Shown: positions 45,696-56,051 of the stretch, one piece after another | How the letters are laid out: the number at the start of each line of letters is the position of its first letter | Numbering within the stretch: the first letter of the stretch is position 1 | Assembly: GCA_963707505.1 (NCBI GenBank) | Contig: CAVPQB010000005.1 | Span: 4,991 to 68,990 of the forward strand | Length of the DNA stretch: 64,000 bases | Reading direction: 5' to 3' | Source: an uncultured Gemmatimonadales bacterium | GTDB lineage: Bacteria; Gemmatimonadota; Gemmatimonadetes; Gemmatimonadales; Gemmatimonadaceae | Notes under the pieces: model-generated | What the model saw: only the letters and a program-made list of their open reading frames with translations | Told to the model about the DNA's origin: nothing | Database searches by the model: none | Translations under genes and position numbers: made by a program

Positions 45696-47546
45696 CTATT
45701 CCGGAGATGCAACCGGAGTCGGGGCAGCGACCGCGTCGGAAGCCGCCAACTGATCCTTGAGACGTTGCGCTGAGGCCTTCGTGAAGCCGGGAAGCGCGGC
45801 AATATCGTCGGTCGATGCATCGCGCACCCCCTGAACACTTCCGAAGACCCGAATCAACTGCCGTCGCTTGACGGGACCGACACCGGGGATCGAAAGCAGC
45901 TCCGATGTCACGGTTCGCATGCTGCGACGCTTCCGATTGAACGTCACCGCGAATCTGTGCGCTTCGTCCCGAATCTGTTGCAGCAAGCGCAGCGCCGGTG
46001 AGCGGCGCGAAAGCCTGAGCGGCTCCGCTCTGCCCCACACGAAGATCTCTTCTTCACGCTTCGCCAGGCTGATCAGCGGGCGGTCACCAAGTCCGATGGA
46101 ATCAAGTGCTTCGTGCGCTGCGGAGAGCTGTCCCTTCCCGCCATCGATCACGATGAGATCGGGAAGTTGCTTCCCATCTTCCTTGCGACGGTTGAAGTAC
46201 CGTGTGACGACTTCGTTCATCGAAGCGAAGTCGTCAGTTCCAACGACCGTCTTTACCTTGAACTTGCGATACTCGCCGCGCCTGGCCCGACCATTCTCGA
46301 AGAAGACGCAGGAGCCGACGGTGTCGGTTCCCTGCGCTGTCGAGATGTCGAAACACACCATGGTACGCGGCAGCTTCTGCAGCGACAGCTCTCGCGCGAG
46401 CTCGTATACCGGCTCACCGGCGCGCACGTCCGACTCCGCCGAGGCGAGTTTCAACTCTTCCAGGAGATGACGTGCATTCTGCTCCGCCAGCTCCACAAGC
46501 TCGCGCCGAACACCGCGCTGCGGAATGTGTATGCGCTCGCCCGGCAACGATTCCTCGATCAGCTCCCGGTCGGGAAAATCAAATGGAAGCACGAGCTCCG
46601 ACGCGTGCTCAGGCATGGCGATGTAACTGCCAGCGAGGAATAACCGCAACACGTCCGCATCATCCTCGCCATCCACGTTCTCCATGAAGCGGTGCTCGCG
46701 CGCGAGCAGCTTCCCCTCTCTTATGCGCAGCAGCGCGATTACTGCATCGTCGCCATCGCGCGCGTAGCCGATGACGTCGCGATCACCGCCTTCCACGCGC
46801 AGGACGACTGTCGGCTCCTCCATGCGTTCCAGATGCATCAACACGTCACGCAGCTCCGCGGCACGCTCGAAATCCAGGCTCGACGCCGCGAGGTCCATTC
46901 GCTCTCGCACTCGGCGCACCACTTCGTCGGAGCGGCCTTCCAGAAACAGCAACACCTCGTCTATCATCGCTGCGTATTCCGGCTGCGTCTGCTTGAACAC
47001 GCAGGGCGCCTTGCAACGCTGGATGAAGTAGTCGAGACACGGCCGCTCCGGCATCTCGCGCGGCATGTCGTAGTTGCACGAGCGCACGGTGAAGATGCGC
47101 TTCACCACATTGAGCGAGCGACGCATCGCGCCGACGTCCGTGTACGGCCCGAAATACTTGGCCCCGTCGTTCGTAACCAGTCGCGTGACGAACACGCGCG
47201 CGAAGGGCTCGTTCACGGTGACCTTGATGTACGGATACGATTTGTCATCCCGGAGCGCAATGTTGAACTTGGGATGATATTCCTTGATCAGGTTCGCCTC
47301 GAGCACGAGCGCGTGCGCTTCCGTCGGGACGACGATCGTCTCGAGGTCGGCGATATTGCGCACCAGATGCTGCGTCTTGAGACTGAAGGGATGGTCGCTC
47401 GCGAAGTAGCTGCGCACGCGCGAGCGCAGCCGCTTTGCCTTCCCCACGTACAACACCGCTCCGTCGGCGCCCTTCCACAGATACACGCCGGGGCCGTCCG
47501 GAAGATGCTGAAGCTTCTGTGCTACCGTTTCGGGAACCGTCACCAT
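45696..47546 (-). CDS. uvrC: excinuclease ABC subunit C
   Basis: Intact ORF of 616 aa with a GIY-YIG N-terminus (GVYLWKGADGAVLYVGKAKRLRSRV), a UVR domain and a C-terminal HhH (IPGVGPVKRRQLIRVFGS). Confidence 0.95.
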   Translation of the reverse strand: MVTVPETVAQKLQHLPDGPGVYLWKGADGAVLYVGKAKRLRSRVRSYFASDHPFSLKTQHLVRNIADLETIVVPTEAHALVLEANLIKEYHPKFNIALRDDKSYPYIKVTVNEPFARVFVTRLVTNDGAKYFGPYTDVGAMRRSLNVVKRIFTVRSCNYDMPREMPERPCLDYFIQRCKAPCVFKQTQPEYAAMIDEVLLFLEGRSDEVVRRVRERMDLAASSLDFERAAELRDVLMHLERMEEPTVVLRVEGGDRDVIGYARDGDDAVIALLRIREGKLLAREHRFMENVDGEDDADVLRLFLAGSYIAMPEHASELVLPFDFPDRELIEESLPGERIHIPQRGVRRELVELAEQNARHLLEELKLASAESDVRAGEPVYELARELSLQKLPRTMVCFDISTAQGTDTVGSCVFFENGRARRGEYRKFKVKTVVGTDDFASMNEVVTRYFNRRKEDGKQLPDLIVIDGGKGQLSAAHEALDSIGLGDRPLISLAKREEEIFVWGRAEPLRLSRRSPALRLLQQIRDEAHRFAVTFNRKRRSMRTVTSELLSIPGVGPVKRRQLIRVFGSVQGVRDASTDDIAALPGFTKASAQRLKDQLAASDAVAAPTPVASPE

Positions 47547-47552
47547 CGAAAG

Positions 47553-49208
47553 TTATACGCCTGAGCGCCGCCGCAGTTTCGACGCCAGCATCGACGCTTC
47601 GGGAATGCGAAGAGCGACCGTAAATACTGCGTACCCGATCGCAAACGCCGAGAGCGAGATCGCAGCCAGCACCAGCGGGCGCGATGTCGGTACCACGAAC
47701 CGGCCAAGCGTGCCGAGCGCCGCTGCGCCGAGGCCGGCGATCCAGAGCTTCACGACGTAACGCACAGAGAGCCCGGTCCGTCCAATGCGCTTCGTAAGGC
47801 CACGTCGCAGCAGAATGAATTCCACCCAGCCCGCGATGCCCGCCGACGCGGTGAGACCGGCCGCGCCGAGCTTGGGATCCAGACCGAGCCAGCCCGGAAG
47901 CTGAAACGCGAAGATGACGCCCAGCACAGTCGTGAGCGCGATTCGGATGATCGCGAACTTGAGTGGCGTCTTTGTGTCGCGGAGTGCGTAGTACGTCGAA
48001 GAATCGAGCCGTCCGAGCGTGGATGCGAGCAATCCGACGGTCGAACCGATGAGAATCTCCCACACCCACACCGTGTTGGCGCGCTTGAATGCACCCGTCT
48101 GGAGGAACGCGCCAGTCACGATGTCGCCCAGCGCAAGGAATCCGATCACGCATGGCACGATGAAAAAGGCGATGCGCTCCATGCCGGCATTGAGGCGCAC
48201 GCGAAGCTGTGCCGCGATCTCTTCCGGCGTGCCAAGTGCGCTGGACATCGCCGGTAGCTCCGCCGCGGACACCGACATTCCGAACAGGCTTCCCGGAAGT
48301 ATGTACAGAGTTTGCGCGTATGCCAGCGACGAAACGGTTCCGATCGGAAGATGGTATGCGAGCGCGAGATCTATGAATGCGCTGATCTGTACCACGCCGC
48401 GGCTGAGAAATGCCGACGTGAATTGCCTGAACACACGCCGCACGCCCGGCAAGCCGAATCTGAAATTCGGAACGATACCCGGTGCAACGCGTCGCAGAGT
48501 CGGAAGCTGGACCAGGAACTGCGCAGCGCTGCCAATTACAGAGGCCCACGCGACCGCCACGACGAGGCCTGAGGCTGTGCGATGGGCGCCGTAGACGATC
48601 AGCGCACCGATTATCACCGCATTCCACGCCAGCGGCGCCATGTACGACAGCAGGAACTTGCGATGCGCGTTGAGCACGCCCAGGCACCACGCGGAAAATA
48701 CGAGCAGGCCAGCACCGGGAAACAGGATCCGGACGAGTGTCGTCGTGAGTGCATCCTCCTCCGGCGTCGCGCCCGTGACGGCGAGCCACTGCATGAACGA
48801 CGAAGGAAGGAATCGCGCGAACGGTTGCGCGATGTGACTGAGCGTGCTTCCACCGCCGGCGAGGATCCCAACGAGTTGCGGCGCTGCAAGCACACCGATG
48901 AGAACCACCAGCGAGGCAACCAGCGCCAGCGCCGTAAACACCGCGCCGGCTAACTCGGCCGCTTGACGTTTCTCGCCACGCGCCAGCGTGCCGGCATACT
49001 CTGGAATGAACGACGCCGAGAGCACGCCTTCTCCGAACAGATTCTGAAGCATGTTCGGAATGCGGAACGCACCCTGAAACGCGTCATTGGCGAGTGACGC
49101 ACCAAGGTAGTGCGCAAAGACGCGCTGCCGGATGAGGCCGGCGAGCTTGCTCGCGAAGATACCGGCCCCAACAAGGAACGCTGCCCGTCCGGTCTGCTCC
49201 TCAGCCAC
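47553..49208 (-). CDS. murJ: lipid II flippase MurJ (MviN family)
   Basis: A polytopic protein of 551 aa. The N-terminus SKLAGLIRQRVFAHYLGAS...DAFQGAFRIPNMLQNLFGEGVLSASFIP is typical of MurJ. Confidence 0.9.
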   Translation of the reverse strand: MAEEQTGRAAFLVGAGIFASKLAGLIRQRVFAHYLGASLANDAFQGAFRIPNMLQNLFGEGVLSASFIPEYAGTLARGEKRQAAELAGAVFTALALVASLVVLIGVLAAPQLVGILAGGGSTLSHIAQPFARFLPSSFMQWLAVTGATPEEDALTTTLVRILFPGAGLLVFSAWCLGVLNAHRKFLLSYMAPLAWNAVIIGALIVYGAHRTASGLVVAVAWASVIGSAAQFLVQLPTLRRVAPGIVPNFRFGLPGVRRVFRQFTSAFLSRGVVQISAFIDLALAYHLPIGTVSSLAYAQTLYILPGSLFGMSVSAAELPAMSSALGTPEEIAAQLRVRLNAGMERIAFFIVPCVIGFLALGDIVTGAFLQTGAFKRANTVWVWEILIGSTVGLLASTLGRLDSSTYYALRDTKTPLKFAIIRIALTTVLGVIFAFQLPGWLGLDPKLGAAGLTASAGIAGWVEFILLRRGLTKRIGRTGLSVRYVVKLWIAGLGAAALGTLGRFVVPTSRPLVLAAISLSAFAIGYAVFTVALRIPEASMLASKLRRRSGV

Positions 49209-50742
49209 CGTGTATCATACTGGCAACATGCAGCCGCGCCTGCTCCCGCGTCGCATCGATCGCCGCGTCTCCATACCGGGCGAGGAACGGAACGAAGCTC
49301 AGAACCCGCTCCTGCGGAGCACCACCCGGAAACAGCGTGGCACGAACGGTTGCGACGTCGCGCAATGTTTCGGAACCAATCTGCTTGATCGCCGCTGCAT
49401 AGCGACGTTCCAGCCGCTCGAGCCGATGCTCCACTCCTGCACGCATCGTCCCGACGGACCGCGACAATGCATCATTGGTCTGCGCATCACGGCGCATCGC
49501 ATCGCTGCTGGAATCGAGCGCGCGCCGCAGCGATTCGATGGCGCCGCGTACAGGTTCGGAAATCGCCTCACGCGCGACTCGGCTCTCGACCGCATGCGGA
49601 TCCGCGAAATCATCGATGCTCGCGTCAAGCCGCCCGAGCATGTGCTCGACGTGCTCTTCGAGCAGCGTCCCACTCCATCGCGGCGCGATTCTCGGCCGGG
49701 CCACTCCGAGCGCATCCGCGACAGCGGATACCTGCGCAAAATACGCGACCTCGCCCGGGCCACCGACATACGTCACGGTTGGAAGTATTTGTCGCTCGAT
49801 GATGGGTCGGAGCAACACATTCGGACCAAGACGGCCGGTATTTCCCGCATCGGCGATCTGCTTCGCCGCGCGGAGCGGAACGCGGCGGCGAGTTCCGTCT
49901 TCCAGCGTCTCAAAAACGAGCGACAGGTTCGGGACGTCGGCTACCTGCGGATGAAACCCCGCACCGGCGATCGCGTTCGTGCGCGCGCGCAGCGACGCGG
50001 CAATCTCATCAGCACGACCGAGGGCGCGAATGATCGTGTCGTGTCCAGCATCGCGTACCGCCTCGTGAGATGCGTCGAGCACCGCGACGCCAAGCGGCTC
50101 GAGCAGTGCCCGCAACAGAGCAACGTAAGCGCTTCCAACTGTAGCGTTGCGGGCATAGGCTCCGCGAACCGCCTCGAGTACGCGCCGATCGGGCGCGGAC
50201 CCGCAAGCCTCCTCCAAACGCACGATCTGCTCGGTGACATCGCCGAGCGGCGTACTCGCCATTGAGCGCCCAGACACGGCATCAGCCGGCATGGAGAGCA
50301 GCTCGAGCTTGCCATGACGTACGACCGAGACGTGATTCGCTTCCACCAGATCTGCGTCATCGGTGGCGGCCCAGAACACCGGCGCGACCGGCCGTCCCGT
50401 AAGCGACGCGAGAGCGTCAGCCATCTCGAGAAGTGTCACGGCCTTGTGCAACACGTAAAGCGGACCGCCGAACAATCCCGGCTGCTGTCCTCCGGTCACC
50501 ACAAAACCGCCTGATTCGGACGCGGCCCGTAATCGGTCGGCTGCGACTCCCGAAGGAGCGAACGCTGGCAGAAGATCGGCGAGCCACGTACGGTGCAGAA
50601 AGTCATCCGCGATTTGCGATGCCGCAGCGTTCCACGCGTCAATATCGCTCAACTTGTCGCCGTACCACTCCGGCAGCGCGCCAGCGAGCGCATTGCGCGC
50701 AAGCGGCGATCCGCCGATCGGCCGGGATATCGCGCGTATCAT
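49201..50742 (-). CDS. bshC: bacillithiol biosynthesis cysteine-adding enzyme BshC
   Basis: The protein is collinear with my recollection of B. subtilis YllA/BshC: VVTGGQQPGLFGGPLYVLHKAVTLL, VAPVFWAATDDADLVEANHV, LPTVTYVGGPGEVAYFAQV...PRIAPRWSGTLLE and QERVLSFVPFLARYG. Confidence 0.8.
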   Translation of the reverse strand: MIRAISRPIGGSPLARNALAGALPEWYGDKLSDIDAWNAAASQIADDFLHRTWLADLLPAFAPSGVAADRLRAASESGGFVVTGGQQPGLFGGPLYVLHKAVTLLEMADALASLTGRPVAPVFWAATDDADLVEANHVSVVRHGKLELLSMPADAVSGRSMASTPLGDVTEQIVRLEEACGSAPDRRVLEAVRGAYARNATVGSAYVALLRALLEPLGVAVLDASHEAVRDAGHDTIIRALGRADEIAASLRARTNAIAGAGFHPQVADVPNLSLVFETLEDGTRRRVPLRAAKQIADAGNTGRLGPNVLLRPIIERQILPTVTYVGGPGEVAYFAQVSAVADALGVARPRIAPRWSGTLLEEHVEHMLGRLDASIDDFADPHAVESRVAREAISEPVRGAIESLRRALDSSSDAMRRDAQTNDALSRSVGTMRAGVEHRLERLERRYAAAIKQIGSETLRDVATVRATLFPGGAPQERVLSFVPFLARYGDAAIDATREQARLHVASMIHGG

Positions 50743-51458
50743 GATCTGTGCGCGAAGAAGATCGCCCTCGCGCTTTCGGTACTCAGCGGCGCACCGGAAT
50801 AGTCGCCCAGCTCGTGGTCGACCGAGAACCCGGCATCATGTAGCAGACATCGAAGATCGTCCGGCTCGAACAGCCGCACTCGCTCGAGATACTTACGCGG
50901 CGAGCCTGCGGCGGAAATGTCCTTCTCGACGTAGAGGCCATCGTCGGTGATTCGTCGGTCCTGCGTCACGACGCGGTTGCCGATGCGACGAGTGTCGTGC
51001 GGAACTAACGTCGCACGCACCTGATCCGAGTTGAGATAGTCGAGCACGAATACTCCGTCACGCCCTAAAACGCGATTCACTTCGGACAGCACCAGGCGGT
51101 TTTCTTCATCCGAAGAAAAGTAGCCGAAGCTCGTGAAAAGATTGACGACGAGATCAAAGCTGCCTCCCGCGAACGGCAACACCCTCATGTCGGCCCGGAC
51201 GTACGGCACTTCCGGCGCCTCCGATTTCGCCACCTGAAGCAGTTCCGTCGAAAGATCCAGTCCCACCGTCCAGATGTGCTGACACAATGCCCGCGTATGA
51301 CGCCCCGACCCGCAAGCCAGGTCCAGCGCACGCGCCGCCGGGTCGGGCGAAACCATGTTTCGTATTAGCCGGACCACCGAACGCGCTTCGCGCTGGTCCC
51401 GGTGTGGATACAGATCGAGATATTCCTTGCCAAACCACCGGGTGAACCACTCGCTCAT
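50739..51458 (-). CDS. class I SAM-dependent methyltransferase
   Basis: Contains ALDLACGSGRHT (motif I) and FDLVVNLFTSFGYF. The substrate is unknown. Confidence 0.8.
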   Translation of the reverse strand: MSEWFTRWFGKEYLDLYPHRDQREARSVVRLIRNMVSPDPAARALDLACGSGRHTRALCQHIWTVGLDLSTELLQVAKSEAPEVPYVRADMRVLPFAGGSFDLVVNLFTSFGYFSSDEENRLVLSEVNRVLGRDGVFVLDYLNSDQVRATLVPHDTRRIGNRVVTQDRRITDDGLYVEKDISAAGSPRKYLERVRLFEPDDLRCLLHDAGFSVDHELGDYSGAPLSTESARAIFFAHRS

Positions 51459-51922
51459 TTATGGTATGGCTCGCCGCGGATGATCGTACCTGCGCGATAC
51501 AGCTGCTCCGCGAGCACGAGCCGCGCAAGCTCGTGCGGCAGCGTCCACGGCGCAAGCGACAACCGAATGTTGGCGCCGTCGCGCAGGCTGTCGTCCAGAC
51601 CGAATGCGCCGCCAATCATGAAAACAACGTCGCGTGCAGCTTCCCGCTCTCCCTGAACCCACGCGGCAAACCGCTCGGATGACATCGATTGCCCGCTCGC
51701 GTCGCATGCAACCTTCGTTGCCACATCGCCGACTCGCGCGCGAATGCGGTCTCCCTCGCGAGCGCGCACGCTTGCCGACGTTGTCGCGTGGTCGGCACGT
51801 TCTCCCTTCACCTCGACCACATCGATTGGCCAGTAGCGCGCCGCTCGGGTCTCATAGTCGAGAATCGCCGCGGCGAGCGCCCTGTCCTTCGGGTGCCCGA
51901 CCGCGGCGATCATTACACGCAC
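51455..51922 (-). CDS. rlmH: 23S rRNA (pseudouridine1915-N3)-methyltransferase RlmH
   Basis: ORF of 155 aa containing VFMIGGAFGL, LSLAPWTLPHELARLVLAEQLYRA and GEPYHK at the C-terminus. Confidence 0.9.
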   Translation of the reverse strand: MRVMIAAVGHPKDRALAAAILDYETRAARYWPIDVVEVKGERADHATTSASVRAREGDRIRARVGDVATKVACDASGQSMSSERFAAWVQGEREAARDVVFMIGGAFGLDDSLRDGANIRLSLAPWTLPHELARLVLAEQLYRAGTIIRGEPYHK

Positions 51923-51934
51923 TCGTACGGAACG

Positions 51935-53242
51935 TTAGGAGTAGATGCCCCGCAGGCGATGCACAGCCGCAACACGGCTGATCGAAAGCATGTACGCAGC
52001 GGTGCGCATGTTCACCTTGTGCGTCTTCGACAGTGCCAGCACGTCCGCGAAGCTGCGACGCATGATCTCCGTGAGACGGTCGTTGACGGTCTTCTCGTCC
52101 CAGAAGTATCCACCACGATCCTGTACCCACTCGAAGTACGACACCGTCACGCCGCCGGCATTCGCGAGAATGTCGGGGATGACGAAGATTCCCTTTTCAT
52201 CGAGAATCGAATCGGCCGCTGCCGTGGTCGGTCCATTGGCGCCTTCGCAAACTACTTTCGCGCGAATGTCGTGCGCGTTCTTGGTCGTGATTACGCTTTC
52301 CAGCGCGGCCGGCAGCAGTACGTCCACATCGAGCGTGAGCAGCTCGGCGCCGCTGATTGCATCGCCACCCTTGAATCCCTTGAGCGACTTGTGCTTCTGC
52401 ACATACGCAATCGCCTCGTCGACTTTGATACCATTCGCGTTGTGGAACGCAGCGTCGCGATCGCCGATTGCGACGATCTTCGCTCCTGCTTCCCGAAGCA
52501 GCTTCGCAGCTGTCGAGCCAACGTTGCCGAAGCCCTGGACCGCGATCGTGGACTTGCTCACGTGCATGCCGAGGTGCTCCAGTGCGTCCGTCGTCACGAT
52601 CGTGCAGCCGCGTCCCGTCGCCTCGCGTCGTCCGAGTGATCCACCCATCTCGACCGGCTTGCCGGTCACGACGGCGGTCGTCGTGTGACCGACATGCATC
52701 GAGTACGTGTCCATCACCCAGGCCATCACGCGCTCATTCGTATTCACGTCCGGGGCAGGAACGTCCGAGTCCGGTCCGAGCGTCTGGATGATTCCGTTAG
52801 TGTACCGCCGAGTCAAACGCTCCAGTTCACCGACACTCATCTTCAGTGGATCGCAAACGACGCCGCCCTTCGCGCCGCCGAACGGAATGTTGACGACAGC
52901 GCACTTCCACGTCATCCACGCGGCAAGTGCCTTGACCTCTTCGAGCGTGACGTGCATGTCGAAACGAATTCCGCCCTTGCCAGGTCCACGCGACGTGTTG
53001 TAAAGCACGCGATGACCGGTGAAAACTTCCACTTCGCCGTTGTCCAGAACCACCGGGCACGACACGGTTATCTGCTTCTCCGGATTGCGAAGGATCTTGT
53101 AGATGCCAGGCTCCAGGTCCAGCAGCTCGGCGGCGCGGTCAAAACGCGACATCATCGCGTCGAATGGATTTTCCTCGTTCAAAACCGGGTCCTTGTCCGG
53201 GTGGACGATTTTATGAGTCGAAAGACGGTGATCGGTGGCCAT
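51935..53242 (-). CDS. gdhA: Glu/Leu/Phe/Val-family glutamate dehydrogenase
   Basis: Intact ORF of 435 aa containing [27 protein letters not shown] and ANGPTT. Confidence 0.92.
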   Translation of the reverse strand: MATDHRLSTHKIVHPDKDPVLNEENPFDAMMSRFDRAAELLDLEPGIYKILRNPEKQITVSCPVVLDNGEVEVFTGHRVLYNTSRGPGKGGIRFDMHVTLEEVKALAAWMTWKCAVVNIPFGGAKGGVVCDPLKMSVGELERLTRRYTNGIIQTLGPDSDVPAPDVNTNERVMAWVMDTYSMHVGHTTTAVVTGKPVEMGGSLGRREATGRGCTIVTTDALEHLGMHVSKSTIAVQGFGNVGSTAAKLLREAGAKIVAIGDRDAAFHNANGIKVDEAIAYVQKHKSLKGFKGGDAISGAELLTLDVDVLLPAALESVITTKNAHDIRAKVVCEGANGPTTAAADSILDEKGIFVIPDILANAGGVTVSYFEWVQDRGGYFWDEKTVNDRLTEIMRRSFADVLALSKTHKVNMRTAAYMLSISRVAAVHRLRGIYS

Positions 53243-54267
53243 TATTCAGCGATTGAAGTGGCTCGTTTGAATAAATTCGCGAGAGCTGACGCGACGAGAG
53301 AGTATCCCTCCGTCAGGCGCACAGCCTGTGAAAGATACCAAAGCTCCAGTCCGTTCGCAGGCCAGACCCTCGTCAACTTCACCGCGTCCTTTTCCGTAGT
53401 AACAACATATTTGTGACCTGTAGATTCGCTCACGATCCGCGCAGCGTCCGCAGCCGTGTAATCGTGATGGTCCCGAAAACGCAACTCTGTCACTTCCGCG
53501 CCAAGTTGCCGCAGTTGCGCGAAGAAGCTGGTTGGATCCCCGATCCCCGCCACTGCCAGCACTCGTTTGCCGCGAAGCTCGTCGAGTGGGATCGACTCCG
53601 CATGCGACGCACTGATGAGGGCGTCCGGCTGCAGTGCCGCTATTGCGATCTCCGCGCCCGAATGCTCAGCTCCAATGGCCTGCATCACGTCCCTCGCCTG
53701 CTCATTCGTCGCGCTCTTCTGCGTGACGACAATGACGTCGGCGCGATCCAGCGAGCGCAACGATTCGCGCAACGGCCCCGCAGGAAGTAATCGCAGACCG
53801 GGGTGCCAGCTCTCGGCGCTCACCAGCACAATATCGAGGTCGCGCGACGCTCTACGATGCTGAAAGCCGTCGTCCAGTACCACGACGTCTGCCCCGCCAA
53901 CTGCAGCCGCACGGATTCCCGCGACACGATCCGCTTCCGTGATTACCGCAACGCCGGAATTCATCCGCGCGTGAAGGTGCAGTTCATCGTCACCATATCC
54001 ACGCATCACAACCGCGGGGCGGTGTCCCGCGAGTATCAGCTCGCCAACCAGATATGCGCTGAACGGTGTCTTGCCGGTGCCGCCGACCGTAAGATTGCCA
54101 ACACTGATAATCGGAATCGATGCTGGGTGTACGCGGAGTGCACCAGTGTCATACAATGCGTTCCTTGCAGCGACCACGCCGCCATAGATCCATGAGAACG
54201 GCGTCACCGCCGCGCGCACCAGTCGCACAACCGCTGATCTTCCGTACCATAGCTCGTCGACTGTCAT
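53242..54267 (-). CDS. lpxK: tetraacyldisaccharide 4'-kinase
   Basis: Contains [13 protein letters not shown] (P-loop), VVMRGYG and LDDGFQH. Confidence 0.9.
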   Translation of the reverse strand: MTVDELWYGRSAVVRLVRAAVTPFSWIYGGVVAARNALYDTGALRVHPASIPIISVGNLTVGGTGKTPFSAYLVGELILAGHRPAVVMRGYGDDELHLHARMNSGVAVITEADRVAGIRAAAVGGADVVVLDDGFQHRRASRDLDIVLVSAESWHPGLRLLPAGPLRESLRSLDRADVIVVTQKSATNEQARDVMQAIGAEHSGAEIAIAALQPDALISASHAESIPLDELRGKRVLAVAGIGDPTSFFAQLRQLGAEVTELRFRDHHDYTAADAARIVSESTGHKYVVTTEKDAVKLTRVWPANGLELWYLSQAVRLTEGYSLVASALANLFKRATSIAE

Positions 54268-54941
54268 GCACGTCCCTGCTCGAGCGTCTGCGCTGTCGCG
54301 GCCATCGCGTTGAGCGAGGACTCGAAGATCTCGCCCTGCATCGCCGCGCCACGCGAGTCGTCCGCACTAACGTACATCGGATCGCTGTAGACGAAAGTAA
54401 GGTGAGCGAACGGCTTGGGAATCATGAACCCATCCCAGCTGCGCAGATGCCATGCGCGCGACGCCGCGACGCCTACCAGGACCATCGGCGCCCCAGCTCG
54501 GTGCGCGGCGACCAACGCGCCACTCGCGAATTTCCGCGCGGGGCCGCGTGGACCGTCGGGCGTAACCGCTACCTCGCCTCCGGTGGTCAGCACGTCGCAC
54601 ATCGCAAGCAACGCGCGAGTGGCGCCGCGCGTCGTCGACCCACGGATGGACCCGAATCCCAGACTGGCAGTGATCCGCGCGATAAGCTCACCGTCACGAT
54701 GTTCGCTGATCAGTACCCTTACCCCCTGTGCCCGGTGCTGTACGGTCAACGGCAACAACTGGCCATGCCAGAGCGCAAACACGAACGAACGGCCATCCGC
54801 GCGCAGTGCGCGCCAGCCCGCGTCGTTCACTTCGCGTACACGCCAGGTCGAGTACAACACGCGCAGCAGCGCAGGGCCGAGTGCGGCGGCCAGCCGCTGA
54901 ATTCCGGTCAGATGAGTCCGCGCAGGCGCGGGCTCACTCAT
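54264..54941 (-). CDS. DUF374-family (lysophospholipid acyltransferase-like) protein, commonly associated with Kdo transferase
   Basis: Contains FALWHGQLLPL, LISEHRDGELIARI...GSIRGSTTRGA and VAVTPDGPRGP. Confidence 0.7.
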   Translation of the reverse strand: MSEPAPARTHLTGIQRLAAALGPALLRVLYSTWRVREVNDAGWRALRADGRSFVFALWHGQLLPLTVQHRAQGVRVLISEHRDGELIARITASLGFGSIRGSTTRGATRALLAMCDVLTTGGEVAVTPDGPRGPARKFASGALVAAHRAGAPMVLVGVAASRAWHLRSWDGFMIPKPFAHLTFVYSDPMYVSADDSRGAAMQGEIFESSLNAMAATAQTLEQGRA

Positions 54942-56051
54942 CCCGCCAGTCCCGAGATCATCTCCGCCACGCGACCAGCGGCACCGGGTGTACCGAGCTG
55001 GCTTCTGACTTCGATCAGTCCCTCACGCTGTAACTCGCGGTACGCAGCGTCATCAAGCAATCGACCGAGCTCCGTCGCAACCGCCTTCGGCTGCAACGCG
55101 CCCTGCACGAACTCGCGCGCAACTTCGCGTCCCGCGACGACGTTGACGAGACCGATGTACGGTATCTTGACCACGCGCCGCGCAATTGCATATGAAAGGC
55201 CGCCTGTGCGATACGCGACCGCCATCGGACACTGCGCAATCGCCGCCTCGAGCGTCGTCGTCCCACTCTTGCACAGCGCGACGTCAGCAGCGCGGAAGAC
55301 ATCGAACGACGCACCACGCACGATTTCGAATGGACACTCCAGCGCATCCAGATTCACGGTGGGCGCGCCGTGCACGATCACGCGAAGTCCCGGATGCCGG
55401 CGCGCGAGCTCGCGCCCGCTCTCGATGAATGGGACGAAGTGACGCGCGATCTCCTGCTCCCGACTTCCCGGAAACAGCGCGAGTACCTTCTCTTCCGGAG
55501 CGATTCCGAGCCGCTCGCGCGCTTCCACACGCGTCGGCATGATTCTGCGCACGATCCAGCAACGGGATGACCTACGAATGTCGCGTCGATTCCGTAACCC
55601 GCGAGCAGCGGGGCCTCGAAAGGAAGGATGACAGCAGCCCTTCGTCACGAGCTTCGCCAGCTTTGGTAGCCGCCCCGCGCCCCACGCCCAGACCTGCGGC
55701 GTGACGTAGTACAGCACGGGTACGCCCGCCTCGCGCGCAGCGGCTGCAACCTTCATGTTGAACCCGGGATAGTCGATCAGGACGACGACGGCGACGTTTC
55801 CGGTAGCCATGCGCGCGCGCAGCTGACGCAGCAGCGCCGCGTGCTTCGGAATGTGCCTTACGACTTCGACAAATCCCATCACAGCGAGCTCGGCGTAATC
55901 GCGCGTTATCTCCACGCCGCTCGCGCGCATGTGCGCGCCGCCGACGCCCGCGGTCGCCAGATCGGGACGAATCGCTCGCAGCCGCGCCGCAACGCTCGCC
56001 CGCGTGCAGGTCGCCGGAGGCCTCTCCGGCGACGAAGAGAACTTCACGCAC
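54938..56051 (-). pseudogene. lpxB: lipid-A-disaccharide synthase; frame breaks
   Basis: The N-terminus VREVLFVAGEASGDLHAG is in ORF 55572-56231. ORF 54938-56086 contains VLIDYPGFNMKVAAAAREAGVPVLYYVTPQVWAWG...FPGSREQEI...CKSGTTTLEAA. The hand-read third frame gives AAVILPFEAPLLAGYGIDATFVGHP. Confidence 0.85.
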
